From positions 96,493 to 160,492 of the forward strand of contig CAYMVL010000025.1 of NCBI GenBank assembly GCA_964394145.1: 64,000 nucleotides of DNA, read 5' to 3'. Positions 17,729 through 27,410 of this stretch are shown here, piece after piece. The translations under genes were made by a program, and so were the position numbers. Positions within the stretch are counted from its first letter, which is position 1. The number at the start of each line of letters is the position of its first letter. The notes beneath the pieces are model-generated. The model worked only from the letters and a program-made list of their open reading frames with translations, searched no databases and had not been told where the DNA came from. Source of the stretch: an uncultured Dehalococcoidales bacterium (GTDB lineage: Bacteria; Chloroflexota; Dehalococcoidia; GIF9; AB-539-J10).

Positions 17729-19099
17729 GTGAACCTGCTTCTCTTGACCATTGACTGTCTCAGAGCAGACCACCTGAGCTGCCTCGGCTACCCAACGAAA
17801 ACAACGCCCAACCTGGACGAGATCGCAGGCCACGGCACGCTCTTCACCCAAGCGATAGCAGTGGGGCCAGAGACTCCTGTTTCTTTCAAGGCTCTATTCA
17901 CCTCGAGTTACCCCTTCATGCATGGCGGTAGGCTCTATGTCACAGATACGACAACCATCCTGGCGCAGGTGCTTAAAGACCATGGTTATCACACCGCAGC
18001 ATTCCATTCCAATCCATGGCTCTCATCGTTTTTTGGGTACCAAATGGGGTTTGACAAGTTTGATGACAGCATCATCAAGAGCCGCTCTGAGAGCCTTGTT
18101 GGCAGACTGCGGAAATTACTCAAGGCCATGGTAGGTGACGAGGGCAGATTGTACGAGTCTGTCCGACAAATATATGCTAGCCTTAGGCCCGGTAATTTCT
18201 ACAGCAAGGCTGAGGCGATAAACAGGCGGGCTGAATCATGGTTACAGAGCAATAGTAATAATTTCTTCCTCTGGTTACACTACATGGACGCTCACGAGCC
18301 GTATCTGCCATCCTCGAGGCTCATATTCCCCCTTAAGAAGTATCGCCTTCTAGAGCTTGACATGAAGGCACACCGGTCGCCAGACGTTTTAGCCCCCCTG
18401 ATAAGCCACTGGGCCAGAATCTACGAGTCCAAAGTCGCCTATGTGGATGCGATGATGGGTGCGCTTCTCAATACCTTAAAACGGAGCAACATCCTCGACG
18501 ATACCTTTGTGATCATAACCGCAGACCACGGACAGCAATTCCTGGAACATGGGCGTTATGGGCACGGCCACTTTCTCTATGATGAGCTAATTCATGTCCC
18601 CCTGATTATTGCCGGACCGGGAGTAAAAGCTCAGGTCACTACCGAGCAGGTAAGTCTGCTGGACTTAGCGCCGACTATTCTGGACATGCTTAACATCGAG
18701 AAACCGAAGGCATTCCTTGGGAAAAGTCTGCTTCCATTGATGAATGGCAATCACCCACAAGCCGACCATCTGGAGGCTATAAGTGAGGCGGACACAGTCC
18801 AGCGCCTCACTGAAGTCAGCGTGGGACGCATGCCTCGACTTGATGTCAACCACAGGAGGATATCACTCAGAACCGGCAAATGGAAATACGTTTACACCGA
18901 AGGAGAACTGCACGAGCTATACGATTTACAGGATGACCCGGGTGAGACGAAAAACGTAATCGATACTAAGCCACAGGTCGCGACAGATTTGCGAGGCAGG
19001 ATAATAGCCCACATCGAGTTCGAGGGAAAAAGCAAGCTCAGCGAACAGGACCTCATAAGGCAAAAGACAATACGCCTGAAAGGCGCTGCAAGGATATAA
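17729..19099 (+). CDS. sulfatase-family (alkaline phosphatase superfamily) protein lacking the C-x-P-x-R formylglycine motif
   Basis: N-terminal metal site LTIDCLRADHL...TPNLD, and C-terminal ITADHGQQF...GHG...YDELIHVPLIIAGPG typical of the sulfatase family. The position of the FGly motif reads E-T-P-V-S. Confidence 0.8.
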   Translation: MNLLLLTIDCLRADHLSCLGYPTKTTPNLDEIAGHGTLFTQAIAVGPETPVSFKALFTSSYPFMHGGRLYVTDTTTILAQVLKDHGYHTAAFHSNPWLSSFFGYQMGFDKFDDSIIKSRSESLVGRLRKLLKAMVGDEGRLYESVRQIYASLRPGNFYSKAEAINRRAESWLQSNSNNFFLWLHYMDAHEPYLPSSRLIFPLKKYRLLELDMKAHRSPDVLAPLISHWARIYESKVAYVDAMMGALLNTLKRSNILDDTFVIITADHGQQFLEHGRYGHGHFLYDELIHVPLIIAGPGVKAQVTTEQVSLLDLAPTILDMLNIEKPKAFLGKSLLPLMNGNHPQADHLEAISEADTVQRLTEVSVGRMPRLDVNHRRISLRTGKWKYVYTEGELHELYDLQDDPGETKNVIDTKPQVATDLRGRIIAHIEFEGKSKLSEQDLIRQKTIRLKGAARI

Positions 19100-19103
19100 T
19101 TCG

Positions 19104-20483
19104 ATGAACCTCATCCTGTTAACCATTGACTGCCTCAGGGCAGACCACCTGAGCTGCTTGGGCTACTCCAAGAAAACAACGCCAAACCTGGACGACATTG
19201 CAGCCCACGGCACGCTCTTCAGTCAAGCCATAGCAGTGGGGCCAAATACCCCTGCTTCTTTCAAGGCTCTCTTCACCTCTAGTTACCCCTTCATGCATGG
19301 CACTAGGCTCTACGTCACAGAATCCACAACCACACTGGCGCAGGTCCTCAAAGACCATGACTACCGCACGGCGGCATACCACGCCAACCCATGGATATCA
19401 TCCTTTTATGGCTATGAGAAAGGCTTTGAAACCTTTGATGACGGCGTAGGGAAATGGAGCATTGAAAGCCACCTCAGCAAAGCGCAAACATCTGTCAAGC
19501 GAGTCATAGGCACGAGCGGCTCATTGTATAAGTTCCTACGCCAAAGATACACTGAGTTTCGGTTCGCTCGTTATATGAGCAAGCACGATTCTACTACGCT
19601 AAACAGGAAGGCGATGTCATGGCTCCGTGACAATAGCAACACTTTCTTCCTATGGATACACTACATGGATGTTCATGAGCCCTACCTGCCAGCCTCAAGA
19701 TTTGCCTCGCTATTAAGAGGCTATGGCATTGTTAGACTTAACGCCATAGCGCAGTACTCACCGGATAGGCTATCACCACGCGGCGTAAGGAAGCTCACTG
19801 AACTGTATGATGCAAACCTTCGCCATATTGACAGGCAAATAAGTTCTCTGCTAAGCAGACTAAGACAAAGTAACATCCTTGATAATACATTTGTAATTAT
19901 AACCGCAGACCACGGGCAGCAATTGCTCGAGCGAGGGCGCCATGGTCACGGCTATTATGTCTATGATGAATTAATCCACGTACCGCTGATTATCGCCGGA
20001 CCGGGAGTGAAAGCTCAGGTCATTACTGAGCAGGTAACTCTGTTGGACCTAGCGCCCACTATACTGGACATGCTCAAGATCGAGAAACCGAAGGCATTCT
20101 TGGGGAAAAGTCTGCTTCCATTGATGAATGGGAATAAGGTGAAAGGGGCGGGCTCACAGGCCATAAGCGAGGCAGACACAGCCAGCCCTCGGAAAGCAGC
20201 CACTGTGGACAAAAAGCCGCGACTTGATGCTAAACATCGGAGAATAGCACTCAGGGCGGGTAAGTGGAAGTACATTTATACCGAAGGCGGACAAGACGAG
20301 CTTTATTGCCTTGCAGAGGACCCGGGCGAGACGAAAAACATAATCGATGCTAAGCCACAAGTCGCGGCGGACCTGCGAGCCAAGATAATGGCCCACATTC
20401 AGTTCGAGGAGAAGAGCAACCGCAGTGAAGAGGGTCTCATAAAGGCGAGGATAGGAAAGCTAAGAAGCACTGGCAAGATATGA
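19104..20483 (+). CDS. sulfatase-family protein, tandem paralog of 17729-19099
   Basis: Same architecture, and the FGly position reads N-T-P-A-S. About 250 nt at the 5' end and a ~150 nt block near the 3' end are close to 90% identical to the upstream copy at nucleotide level. Confidence 0.8.
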   Translation: MNLILLTIDCLRADHLSCLGYSKKTTPNLDDIAAHGTLFSQAIAVGPNTPASFKALFTSSYPFMHGTRLYVTESTTTLAQVLKDHDYRTAAYHANPWISSFYGYEKGFETFDDGVGKWSIESHLSKAQTSVKRVIGTSGSLYKFLRQRYTEFRFARYMSKHDSTTLNRKAMSWLRDNSNTFFLWIHYMDVHEPYLPASRFASLLRGYGIVRLNAIAQYSPDRLSPRGVRKLTELYDANLRHIDRQISSLLSRLRQSNILDNTFVIITADHGQQLLERGRHGHGYYVYDELIHVPLIIAGPGVKAQVITEQVTLLDLAPTILDMLKIEKPKAFLGKSLLPLMNGNKVKGAGSQAISEADTASPRKAATVDKKPRLDAKHRRIALRAGKWKYIYTEGGQDELYCLAEDPGETKNIIDAKPQVAADLRAKIMAHIQFEEKSNRSEEGLIKARIGKLRSTGKI

Positions 20484-20519
20484 ACAGGTAAATTCAGATG
20501 CAGTAGACGGAGTTGACTA

Positions 20520-21434
20520 ATGAAGCTCAAGAGAGCATTGAAATACATAAGGGAGGGTGATTTCGCATCCCCCTGGGCCTGGTTCGCAGCAAAGACCTTT
20601 TGGCCACTACTTCACAGAGACCTGGGCACAGGAAAAGCTGTAAGAGTCATGGAACAGGATTGGGACTACTTGATTGTGCTGGATGCCTGTAGATATGACA
20701 CATTTAAAGAAGTAGTAGACGCCCAGGCGGGGTGCGTTATATCCGGGGGAACCCATACTCAGGCATGGCTGGAATGGAACTTTAGACAAGAGTATCGGGA
20801 TGTTATATACGTAGCGGGCAACCCTCATTTTGCCACCGCATACCTAAAGAAGACTCTGGGATTTAACCCCTTCTACATGGTGGAAGAGGTTTGGGACTAC
20901 GGATGGGATGACAGCCTCAAGACGGTGCCTCCGGAGCAGGTGACCAATGCAGCACTCAAGACGCTGAAAACCTACCCTGAAAAGAGGATGATAGTCCACT
21001 ATATGCAGCCTCACCATCCCTATATAGCCGACAGACAGCTTCTGGATGCAGATGACGGAACCTACCGCGGCTTCGAGGACACTGGTAGATGGCCGGAACA
21101 GATAACACCACTAAGACTGGCCAGAAGGGGCAAGGTTTCCATTCATAGAGTCAAGAAAGCGTACGAACAAAACCTGAGAATAGTAATGAAGGAAGTGGAA
21201 CGGCTTAAGGAATGGTTGCCTGGGAGAGTCATCTTGACGGCAGACCATGGAGACCTCTTTGGGGAACAGGGACTTTACGGGCACGGGACGAATTTGAGGG
21301 TAGACGCCCTGGTAAAAGTGCCCTGGGTGATTCTGAAAGACGAGAAGAGACGACGGGCATCTGGAGAACCCGGCGGTGAGAGGACGAGAGTTAGAGCCAA
21401 GATAGTGGACCTCAAACGATCAGGCAGGTTATAG
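20520..21434 (+). CDS. alkaline phosphatase superfamily (sulfatase-like core) protein
   Basis: LIVLDACRYD metal-site motif near the N-terminus and TADHGDLFGEQGLYGHG near the C-terminus. It is shorter, at 304 aa. Confidence 0.6.
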   Translation: MKLKRALKYIREGDFASPWAWFAAKTFWPLLHRDLGTGKAVRVMEQDWDYLIVLDACRYDTFKEVVDAQAGCVISGGTHTQAWLEWNFRQEYRDVIYVAGNPHFATAYLKKTLGFNPFYMVEEVWDYGWDDSLKTVPPEQVTNAALKTLKTYPEKRMIVHYMQPHHPYIADRQLLDADDGTYRGFEDTGRWPEQITPLRLARRGKVSIHRVKKAYEQNLRIVMKEVERLKEWLPGRVILTADHGDLFGEQGLYGHGTNLRVDALVKVPWVILKDEKRRRASGEPGGERTRVRAKIVDLKRSGRL

Positions 21435-22970
21435 AAACCTGCGCAAGATTTTCTTAATAGAAGATAAATTGAGGCCCGCCCTCTTCTCCATTGCCAGAAG
21501 CATGGTTATGTCCTCCTTGTCAAAGCTCCTGGTAAACAGGATAGCCAGGCCATACACGACATAGTAGAGGATGAACAGCAAGGGGAGCATCCACCAGACT
21601 ACAGCCACGAAGTCCTCAAGAATGAATTTGAACAGGAACACCAGGGCTAGAGAAACCAGGGTTGGCTTGAGCAGCTTCCTGCTCAGGGGCTGCGCCCCGC
21701 TCAGTGTGTAAAGCTTCCGGTAACTTAGCACGTTAATCGACGTTATGGCAGCTACGGAAGCAATAGCGGCTCCTTCTATGCCAAAGGGCGGAATCAAGGC
21801 AAGGTTCAGCCCGACATTTAGGACGGCACTTGCCAGGGTAACCCACATGATAAACCTGACCTGCCCCATGGCAATCAGGGTAGCCCCGTTAGGCCCCAGG
21901 AAATTGTTGACGATGTAACCTACGGACAGAATTTTGAGGGCTGTCGCTGCCGGAGCATAGCTTGTGCCAAATAGAAAAGCGAGCACGGTTTCGGGAAACA
22001 GGAAAATGATAAAGAACAGTGGTAATGTAGCCGAGCATAACCACTTGGTGAGAACGGAAAAATTCCTCCTCATTTCAGCCATTGAACCTTGGGCGTAGAG
22101 GCCCGACGCAACCGGCATATAAATGGATAGCATGGCCACCAGCGGGCTTGAAATGAACTGTGCCAGGGGATGGGCGGCGTTATAGAGCGCGACATCCACT
22201 GAGCTCCTCATTGCCCCCAGCATCAGGGTATCCGTCCAGGCAATAATCAGGTGAAGCACGGCTATCCCGAGCAAGGGAAGCGAGAATGAGAGAAGCTGCC
22301 CGGCTACGGGGTTTGCACTCAGCGCGGTGCGCAATCCCACGGGGACGGGGAGCCTTTTAGGGGCATAGAGTATGAGAGCCACACAGGATATGACCATGGC
22401 AGCCAGGTGCGCATAGAACACGTGATTAAAGGGCAAATGGAGCAAAATAACAGGCAGAAGAAACAGTAGCAGAAGCAAGTTCCTGAGAATATCCCGGAAG
22501 TAAACAGCAGGCTTCACGTCATCAAAGCCCCTGAATACGGAAACAAATACATATATCAGCGTGAAAAACGGTATGGCGAAGGCGAATATTTTCAGCGGAA
22601 CAGCAAGAGCAGCATCGTGAAAAACTCCGCTGGCAATGATATCCGAAGTAAAGAAGACGATGATGCCCAGGGCAATGCCTGCTATAAGAGCAAACTGAAT
22701 CGAGGCGGGAATCAGCTTCTGGATCCTTTGATTATCGTTTTGGCCCCGGGCATAGGCGATGCTTCTTGTGACCCCTTCCTGCAAGCCCAGCGCGGCAATT
22801 ACGGCACAGATGTTGAGTATAACGAAGGCCAGGGAGAAAACTCCGTAATCAGCTTCCGTCCCGTACCTGGCAATTATCAGCCTGGCGATAAAGGCAAGAA
22901 ACAAAGCTGCTAAGGAGCCCGTGAAAGCTATCCCTGTGCCTTTGGTGATTTTTACCAGCGAAGCGTCCAA
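21429..22970 (-). CDS. polysaccharide biosynthesis protein / oligosaccharide flippase (Wzx/MOP family)
   Basis: 12-14 TM helices with the MOP-flippase N-terminus LVKITKGTGIAFTGSLAALFLAFIARLIIARYGTEADYGVFSLAF. There is no in-frame ATG near the N-terminus. The likely start is TTG at 22970 (AGGGTG upstream) or GTG at 22979. The track ORF runs to 23090. Confidence 0.7.
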   Translation of the reverse strand: MDASLVKITKGTGIAFTGSLAALFLAFIARLIIARYGTEADYGVFSLAFVILNICAVIAALGLQEGVTRSIAYARGQNDNQRIQKLIPASIQFALIAGIALGIIVFFTSDIIASGVFHDAALAVPLKIFAFAIPFFTLIYVFVSVFRGFDDVKPAVYFRDILRNLLLLLFLLPVILLHLPFNHVFYAHLAAMVISCVALILYAPKRLPVPVGLRTALSANPVAGQLLSFSLPLLGIAVLHLIIAWTDTLMLGAMRSSVDVALYNAAHPLAQFISSPLVAMLSIYMPVASGLYAQGSMAEMRRNFSVLTKWLCSATLPLFFIIFLFPETVLAFLFGTSYAPAATALKILSVGYIVNNFLGPNGATLIAMGQVRFIMWVTLASAVLNVGLNLALIPPFGIEGAAIASVAAITSINVLSYRKLYTLSGAQPLSRKLLKPTLVSLALVFLFKFILEDFVAVVWWMLPLLFILYYVVYGLAILFTRSFDKEDITMLLAMEKRAGLNLSSIKKILRRFL

Positions 22971-23086
22971 TCTAGTCACCCTGGTTCGTTGTGTTATTTT
23001 GCTTCCGTTGAGATTATAGCTTTTCTCCTTTACGAAAGGAATGGGGTACGGGAGATATAATCTGCAGGGACCGCTGCTGTAAGTGA

Positions 23087-23863
23087 TCAACTGGTGGAGG
23101 ATAACAGGGCGTAAAATACGTCCTGCGGCTTATCTATCCGGTAGTCCATATTGACAGTTATCAGCAGGGCGTTCTCATGGTGATCGCCCTTGAGCCTTCC
23201 CCCGGCTGTCTGTTCTGGCAGAGTCTGCACTTCGGCTTCGCCAAAGGAGCAGAAGCCATGGTCGGAGATTATAATCAAGCTGTTGCTCTTGTCGCCGAGA
23301 AAACCGCTATCGAAAAGAAGTGCGCCAATCTTCTCGTCCAGTTTCCGGTACCATTCCAGGACGCAATCCTCACCCCAGTGGAAGTGCTGGATGCGGTCAA
23401 GCAGCGTGTAGACGGAGATGAGCAGATCGGGCCCTTCCGCCAGGAGTTCGGCTGTCTTCCCGGTGACCCTTTCCAGTTCTTGCTGCCACTCTTTATCGTT
23501 TGTGGGAAGACCAAAGCCCACAGGTTTGAAATCCACATTGAAGGAATAGGAGGGGACAACAAAGGGAACATTCAGCGCCTTTACCCTCTTGCCCTCCCTG
23601 TGGAGGATATCCCAGATGAAGTCCACTTTGATGTCTTCCCGCCTGACGATATTTCCATCAACCGCGTAACTGTGATGTCCATGCTCCTCTGGAGTCTTGC
23701 CAGAGAACATGCCACACCATATGGAGGCGGAGAATAGCTCCTGTTTGACGACAAGCTCGCGACATCTTCCTGTATCACAGAGCTTCCTGAAAGTGCTGAG
23801 CCTGTCCAGGTTTGGCCTAATGACCGTCCAGGTAGCAGCATCAATACCGAGAACGAGAATCAT
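23087..23863 (-). CDS. alkaline phosphatase family protein (type I phosphodiesterase/nucleotide pyrophosphatase-like)
   Basis: [11 protein letters not shown]-terminal metal site and IIISDHGF C-terminal site. Its ATG overlaps the cysN stop as ATGA. Confidence 0.7.
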   Translation of the reverse strand: MILVLGIDAATWTVIRPNLDRLSTFRKLCDTGRCRELVVKQELFSASIWCGMFSGKTPEEHGHHSYAVDGNIVRREDIKVDFIWDILHREGKRVKALNVPFVVPSYSFNVDFKPVGFGLPTNDKEWQQELERVTGKTAELLAEGPDLLISVYTLLDRIQHFHWGEDCVLEWYRKLDEKIGALLFDSGFLGDKSNSLIIISDHGFCSFGEAEVQTLPEQTAGGRLKGDHHENALLITVNMDYRIDKPQDVFYALLSSTS

Positions 23864-25068
23864 CTGCCCGCCTCCAGGACTACCCCTGCTCCAATGTTCC
23901 TATCGTTCACCAGAACGAAGCGCCCAAGCTCAGGAATGTCGGAGAACTTTTCCACCACCAGGGGTTCGGTAGCGAAGAGTATTGTCGCTGCCTCATTTTC
24001 GCTTATCACTGCCGGGTATTTCTCCACAACTTCGCCCGTCTCAGAATTTATTCTCTCCCTTATTTCCTTTACCTCACAGCCTACCCTTGCCGTTCCACAC
24101 CTCAATTCAAGTTTGTCCCCCCTTCTCAAATTCCTTTCCAGCAATACAGCCTCGCCGATGAACTCCTTTACGGGTGTCGGCGGGGATGCCAGAAGACCGC
24201 AAACATCACCCCTGCTCACTTCGCCGTCCACTACAATTCCCACGCTGTCTCCCCGCTCTGCCTCAAGCAACTCGCCCGCGAAGTCCTTCATCCTTTTAAT
24301 TTCCGCCGCAACGCCCGAAGGTTGGAAGATAACCCTGTCCCCTTTCTTCAGCGTACCGGACTCTACCCTTCCTACAACGACCCTGTCGGAGTCAACCCCG
24401 TATGTATCCTGGACGACAAACCTGAGCGGCCTCTGTTCCTTGCTCACCACCACTCTGTCCAGAGTCTGAATCAAGGTGGGTCCTTCGTACCATCTCATCC
24501 GCCGGGACGGCTTGTAGATGTTATCCCCCTCCATAGCCGAGGCAGGCATAAAAGGTACATCGCGATAACCAAGCGAGCTCAGGAGCTGAGTTACCTCAGC
24601 CTTGATACGACCAAAGACCTCAGCGCTATAGTCCACAGCATCCATCTTGTTTACCAGGACGAAGAGTTGCTTTATGCCCAGCATGTGTATCAAGAAAGCA
24701 TGCCTTCCCGTCTGCTCCTGGATGCCTTCATCTGCGGCCACTACCAGAACAGCCACGTCGGCATGAGAAGCGCCGGTGAGCATATTCTTTATAAACTCCT
24801 TATGCCCCGGCACATCCGTGATGGAATAGAGGTTCTTCTGGCCCTTAAACATGACTCCCGTGGTATCTATGGTGCGCTCCTCTTTCAGCTCGTCGTCAAA
24901 CGAGTCAATAAAGTAGGCGAACTCAAATCTCTTCTTGTACTCCTCAGCCAGCTTCTGAATCTCCTCCACCCGCCCCTCGTTTATGCTCTCGGAGTCGTAA
25001 AGCAACCTCCCTATTAAGGTGGACTTGCCGTGGTCCACATGGCCTGTGATGACTACATTTACATTCAT
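23860..25068 (-). CDS. cysN: sulfate adenylyltransferase subunit 1 (GTPase, CysN/NodQ family), no APS-kinase domain
   Basis: [14 protein letters not shown] and NKMD G-motifs. It is 402 aa, so only the EF-Tu-like GTPase and beta-barrel domains are present. Confidence 0.85.
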   Translation of the reverse strand: MNVNVVITGHVDHGKSTLIGRLLYDSESINEGRVEEIQKLAEEYKKRFEFAYFIDSFDDELKEERTIDTTGVMFKGQKNLYSITDVPGHKEFIKNMLTGASHADVAVLVVAADEGIQEQTGRHAFLIHMLGIKQLFVLVNKMDAVDYSAEVFGRIKAEVTQLLSSLGYRDVPFMPASAMEGDNIYKPSRRMRWYEGPTLIQTLDRVVVSKEQRPLRFVVQDTYGVDSDRVVVGRVESGTLKKGDRVIFQPSGVAAEIKRMKDFAGELLEAERGDSVGIVVDGEVSRGDVCGLLASPPTPVKEFIGEAVLLERNLRRGDKLELRCGTARVGCEVKEIRERINSETGEVVEKYPAVISENEAATILFATEPLVVEKFSDIPELGRFVLVNDRNIGAGVVLEAGR

Positions 25069-25135
25069 AACTGTACCCTCCTAGAAATCAAAATTTAAAC
25101 GCTAAAATTCAAAAAGACAATGCGAAATTTAAAAG

Positions 25136-25507
25136 TCATCTCTTGCCTCTTAGCGTCAAAATGCTCGCAGCGATGACACTGGCAATCTCCGTCAACTCTT
25201 CTAGAAGCTTCTGACTTAGCTCCTTTTCAGATTTGCCAGAGTCTTGTAACAGCCCCAGCCAGAATTTTGTCTCATTGGCTGATTTTAAGGCGTGGGCAAA
25301 GAAATTAGTGTAGTCCTTATTCGAAACAGCACCTTGAGCCTCAGCCATATTTGCCCCGATGCTGGTAGCACTCCGTAGTAACTGGTCACCAATAATCCTT
25401 GATGTCTGGTCCTTCGGCAGTTGTTCGATAAACCGGATAACATCCAGAGCAAATTGATATACCCGCTGCCTAAACTCGTCTTTAAACTTCAATCTCGCAT
25501 TTTGCAT
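25136..25507 (-). CDS. four-helix-bundle protein (23S rRNA intervening-sequence protein / Avd-like family)
   Basis: QFALDVIRFIEQLPKDQTSRIIGDQLLRSATSIGANMAEAQGA...FAHALKSANETKFWL matches the TIGR02436/PF05635 family pattern. Flanked on both sides by AT-rich low-complexity sequence. Confidence 0.8.
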   Translation of the reverse strand: MQNARLKFKDEFRQRVYQFALDVIRFIEQLPKDQTSRIIGDQLLRSATSIGANMAEAQGAVSNKDYTNFFAHALKSANETKFWLGLLQDSGKSEKELSQKLLEELTEIASVIAASILTLRGKR

Positions 25508-25533
25508 TTTTGTTTTTAATTTTTGGATTTTGT

Positions 25534-26334
25534 TTACATATATCCTAACGCCCTCAGCTTCTGCATGGTGAAAGCCTTCTCCTTGTCCTGTGCTCTGCCG
25601 GACCTTTCCGCAATCCTGGTCGTCCTCAGCTCCTCGACTATCTCATCGATGGTGCTGGCGTTGGAGTCGATGGGGAAGGTGCATGGCTCACATCCCAGGC
25701 TCCTGTACCTTTTCCCATTTTTGGCAAAATACATGGGGTTCACGGGAAGTCCTTCCTCCCTGACGTATTCCCAGACATCCAGCTCCCGCCAGTGCAGAAT
25801 CGGATGCACTCTGGTGTGCGTCCTGTCATCAGTCGTAGCCTGGTACTGGTCCCACATCTCCAGCGGCTGGTTCTTATAGTCCCATCTGAAGTCCTCATCC
25901 CGCGGGGAGAAATACCTCTCCTTGGCTCGTATGCCATGCTCATCCCTCCTTATAGCCAGGATAAGGGCATCGAATCCATTCTTCTCCAGGCATTGCATCA
26001 GGGCCTCCGTTTTCAACCTGGTGCAGCATTCAAACTTTCCGTCCTTGGGGCCCACCCCCTGTGCAATCGCCTCTTCATTTCTGGCTACCACCAGGTCCAG
26101 GCCCCATTCTCTGGCGATCCTGTCCCTGAACTCATACATCTGCTTGAATTTATACGTAGTATCGATGTGAATTACAGGGAAGGGAATCTTGCCGAAAAAG
26201 GCCTTGCGACAAAGCGAGAGAGCGGCGGTGCTATCCTTGCCTGTGCTCCACAGGACTGCCGGTCTCTTGAACTCGGCATAGGCCTCCCTTATTATGTATA
26301 TGCTCCGATTTTCCAGCTCCTTCAGTTCTAGCAT
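25534..26334 (-). CDS. cysD: sulfate adenylyltransferase subunit 2 (CysD)
   Basis: PAPS-reductase-like fold (AVLWSTGKDSTAALSL, HIDTTYKF). The ATG at 26334 is preceded by an AGGAGGTG SD. The track start, a GTG at 26343, lies inside that SD. Confidence 0.85.
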   Translation of the reverse strand: MLELKELENRSIYIIREAYAEFKRPAVLWSTGKDSTAALSLCRKAFFGKIPFPVIHIDTTYKFKQMYEFRDRIAREWGLDLVVARNEEAIAQGVGPKDGKFECCTRLKTEALMQCLEKNGFDALILAIRRDEHGIRAKERYFSPRDEDFRWDYKNQPLEMWDQYQATTDDRTHTRVHPILHWRELDVWEYVREEGLPVNPMYFAKNGKRYRSLGCEPCTFPIDSNASTIDEIVEELRTTRIAERSGRAQDKEKAFTMQKLRALGYM

Positions 26335-26360
26335 GGTAATCACCTCCTGATAATTCGTTA

Positions 26361-27158
26361 TTAGAAGACAAATGCCTTAGCTAGGGTCGCTGCCCCTAGC
26401 AGGCATGTGACTCCCCCGATAAGCAATTTTAGCCTGTCAGAACCTAACCTTTTAACCGTCATAGCTGCAAATGGCGCTGCTATAACTGAGCCTATGGCAG
26501 CAGCAGCGACGAGCGTCCAGTATACATCGCCTTTGAGCAACAGATACGCCAAGAAACTCACAGCGCAAACAATAGTGACTGCAACCGTGGTGCTCCCAAC
26601 AGAGTTCTTTACCTCCCGTCCGCTAATTATCTGCCCGCCTGTCACCAGCGGAATGTACCCTCCTCCACTTATCCCCTTGTTAAAAGAGCTTAAGATTCCT
26701 ATCCCGATAAGCCTTTTCCACGAAAGCGCTCCTGCCCTGCTCCTGCGCATGAGGACCAGTATTCCCACCGCCAGGACCATCACCCCTATGTAAATTTCGA
26801 GAGCAAGCTCCGGGATATTCATAGCACAGACCACACCTGTAAGGCCGCCAATCACCCCACAGATGGCCAGAGTGAATACGACCTTAGCATCTTGGGACCT
26901 GGGCAGATAACCCAGTCCTCGCAACCTCTCTTTTATCAACCTGTCATCCCGTCTGAAATCCAGACTTATGTTCCTCACCCGGTGGTGTGCAACCCCTCCA
27001 ATTAAACCACCCGCAAACTGGCTTAACAATACCGCCGGGATAACCTGCAAAGGGGCGAATCCCATGATAAGAAGCACGGGCGCCAGAGCAGTCCCATAAC
27101 CCAGTCCCACGGAAATGCTCATATACTGGAACAAAAGAGCAAACAAGGCTACAGCCAT
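26361..27158 (-). CDS. TauE/SafE family sulfite/sulfonate exporter-like membrane protein (DUF81)
   Basis: 265 aa with 8 TM helices and two repeated halves. Glycine-rich TM motifs typical of DUF81. Confidence 0.75.
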   Translation of the reverse strand: MAVALFALLFQYMSISVGLGYGTALAPVLLIMGFAPLQVIPAVLLSQFAGGLIGGVAHHRVRNISLDFRRDDRLIKERLRGLGYLPRSQDAKVVFTLAICGVIGGLTGVVCAMNIPELALEIYIGVMVLAVGILVLMRRSRAGALSWKRLIGIGILSSFNKGISGGGYIPLVTGGQIISGREVKNSVGSTTVAVTIVCAVSFLAYLLLKGDVYWTLVAAAAIGSVIAAPFAAMTVKRLGSDRLKLLIGGVTCLLGAATLAKAFVF

Positions 27159-27191
27159 AAAAACAGTGGGTGTTATGTCTATGCCTCTTCC

Positions 27192-27410
27192 CTAGTCCAG
27201 ATAGCCCAGAGCCTTGAGCCTCTTCTTTACCTCCTGCTCGTCTTCCTCGCTGAAGCTCCTGTCGCTCTCTTCTTCCTTGACAACTTCTTGCAGCACAAAT
27301 TCAACGTACTCATCCACCGACCCGAAATCAGTAGCCTTCACTCTTTCCTCCACCTTCCGGTAAAGCTCGGCAGGCAAAAACACAGCCTTATTCTCTGCTT
27401 TTTCTGTCAT
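27192..27410 (-). CDS. ribbon-helix-helix (CopG-like) small protein
   Basis: 72 aa (MTEKAENKAVFLPAELYRKVEERVKATDFGSVDEYVEFVLQEVVKEEESDRSFSEEDEQEVKKRLKALGYLD). AAGGAGGT SD 12 nt upstream. Its ATG overlaps the stop of the upstream paralog as ATGA. Confidence 0.6.
   Translation of the reverse strand: MTEKAENKAVFLPAELYRKVEERVKATDFGSVDEYVEFVLQEVVKEEESDRSFSEEDEQEVKKRLKALGYLD

Noticed and set aside
23177-23737. 186-aa plus-strand ORF (with 23581-23844 and 23275-23571 minus)
   Set aside because: Lie inside or antisense to the alkaline-phosphatase-family gene 23087-23863. No independent support.
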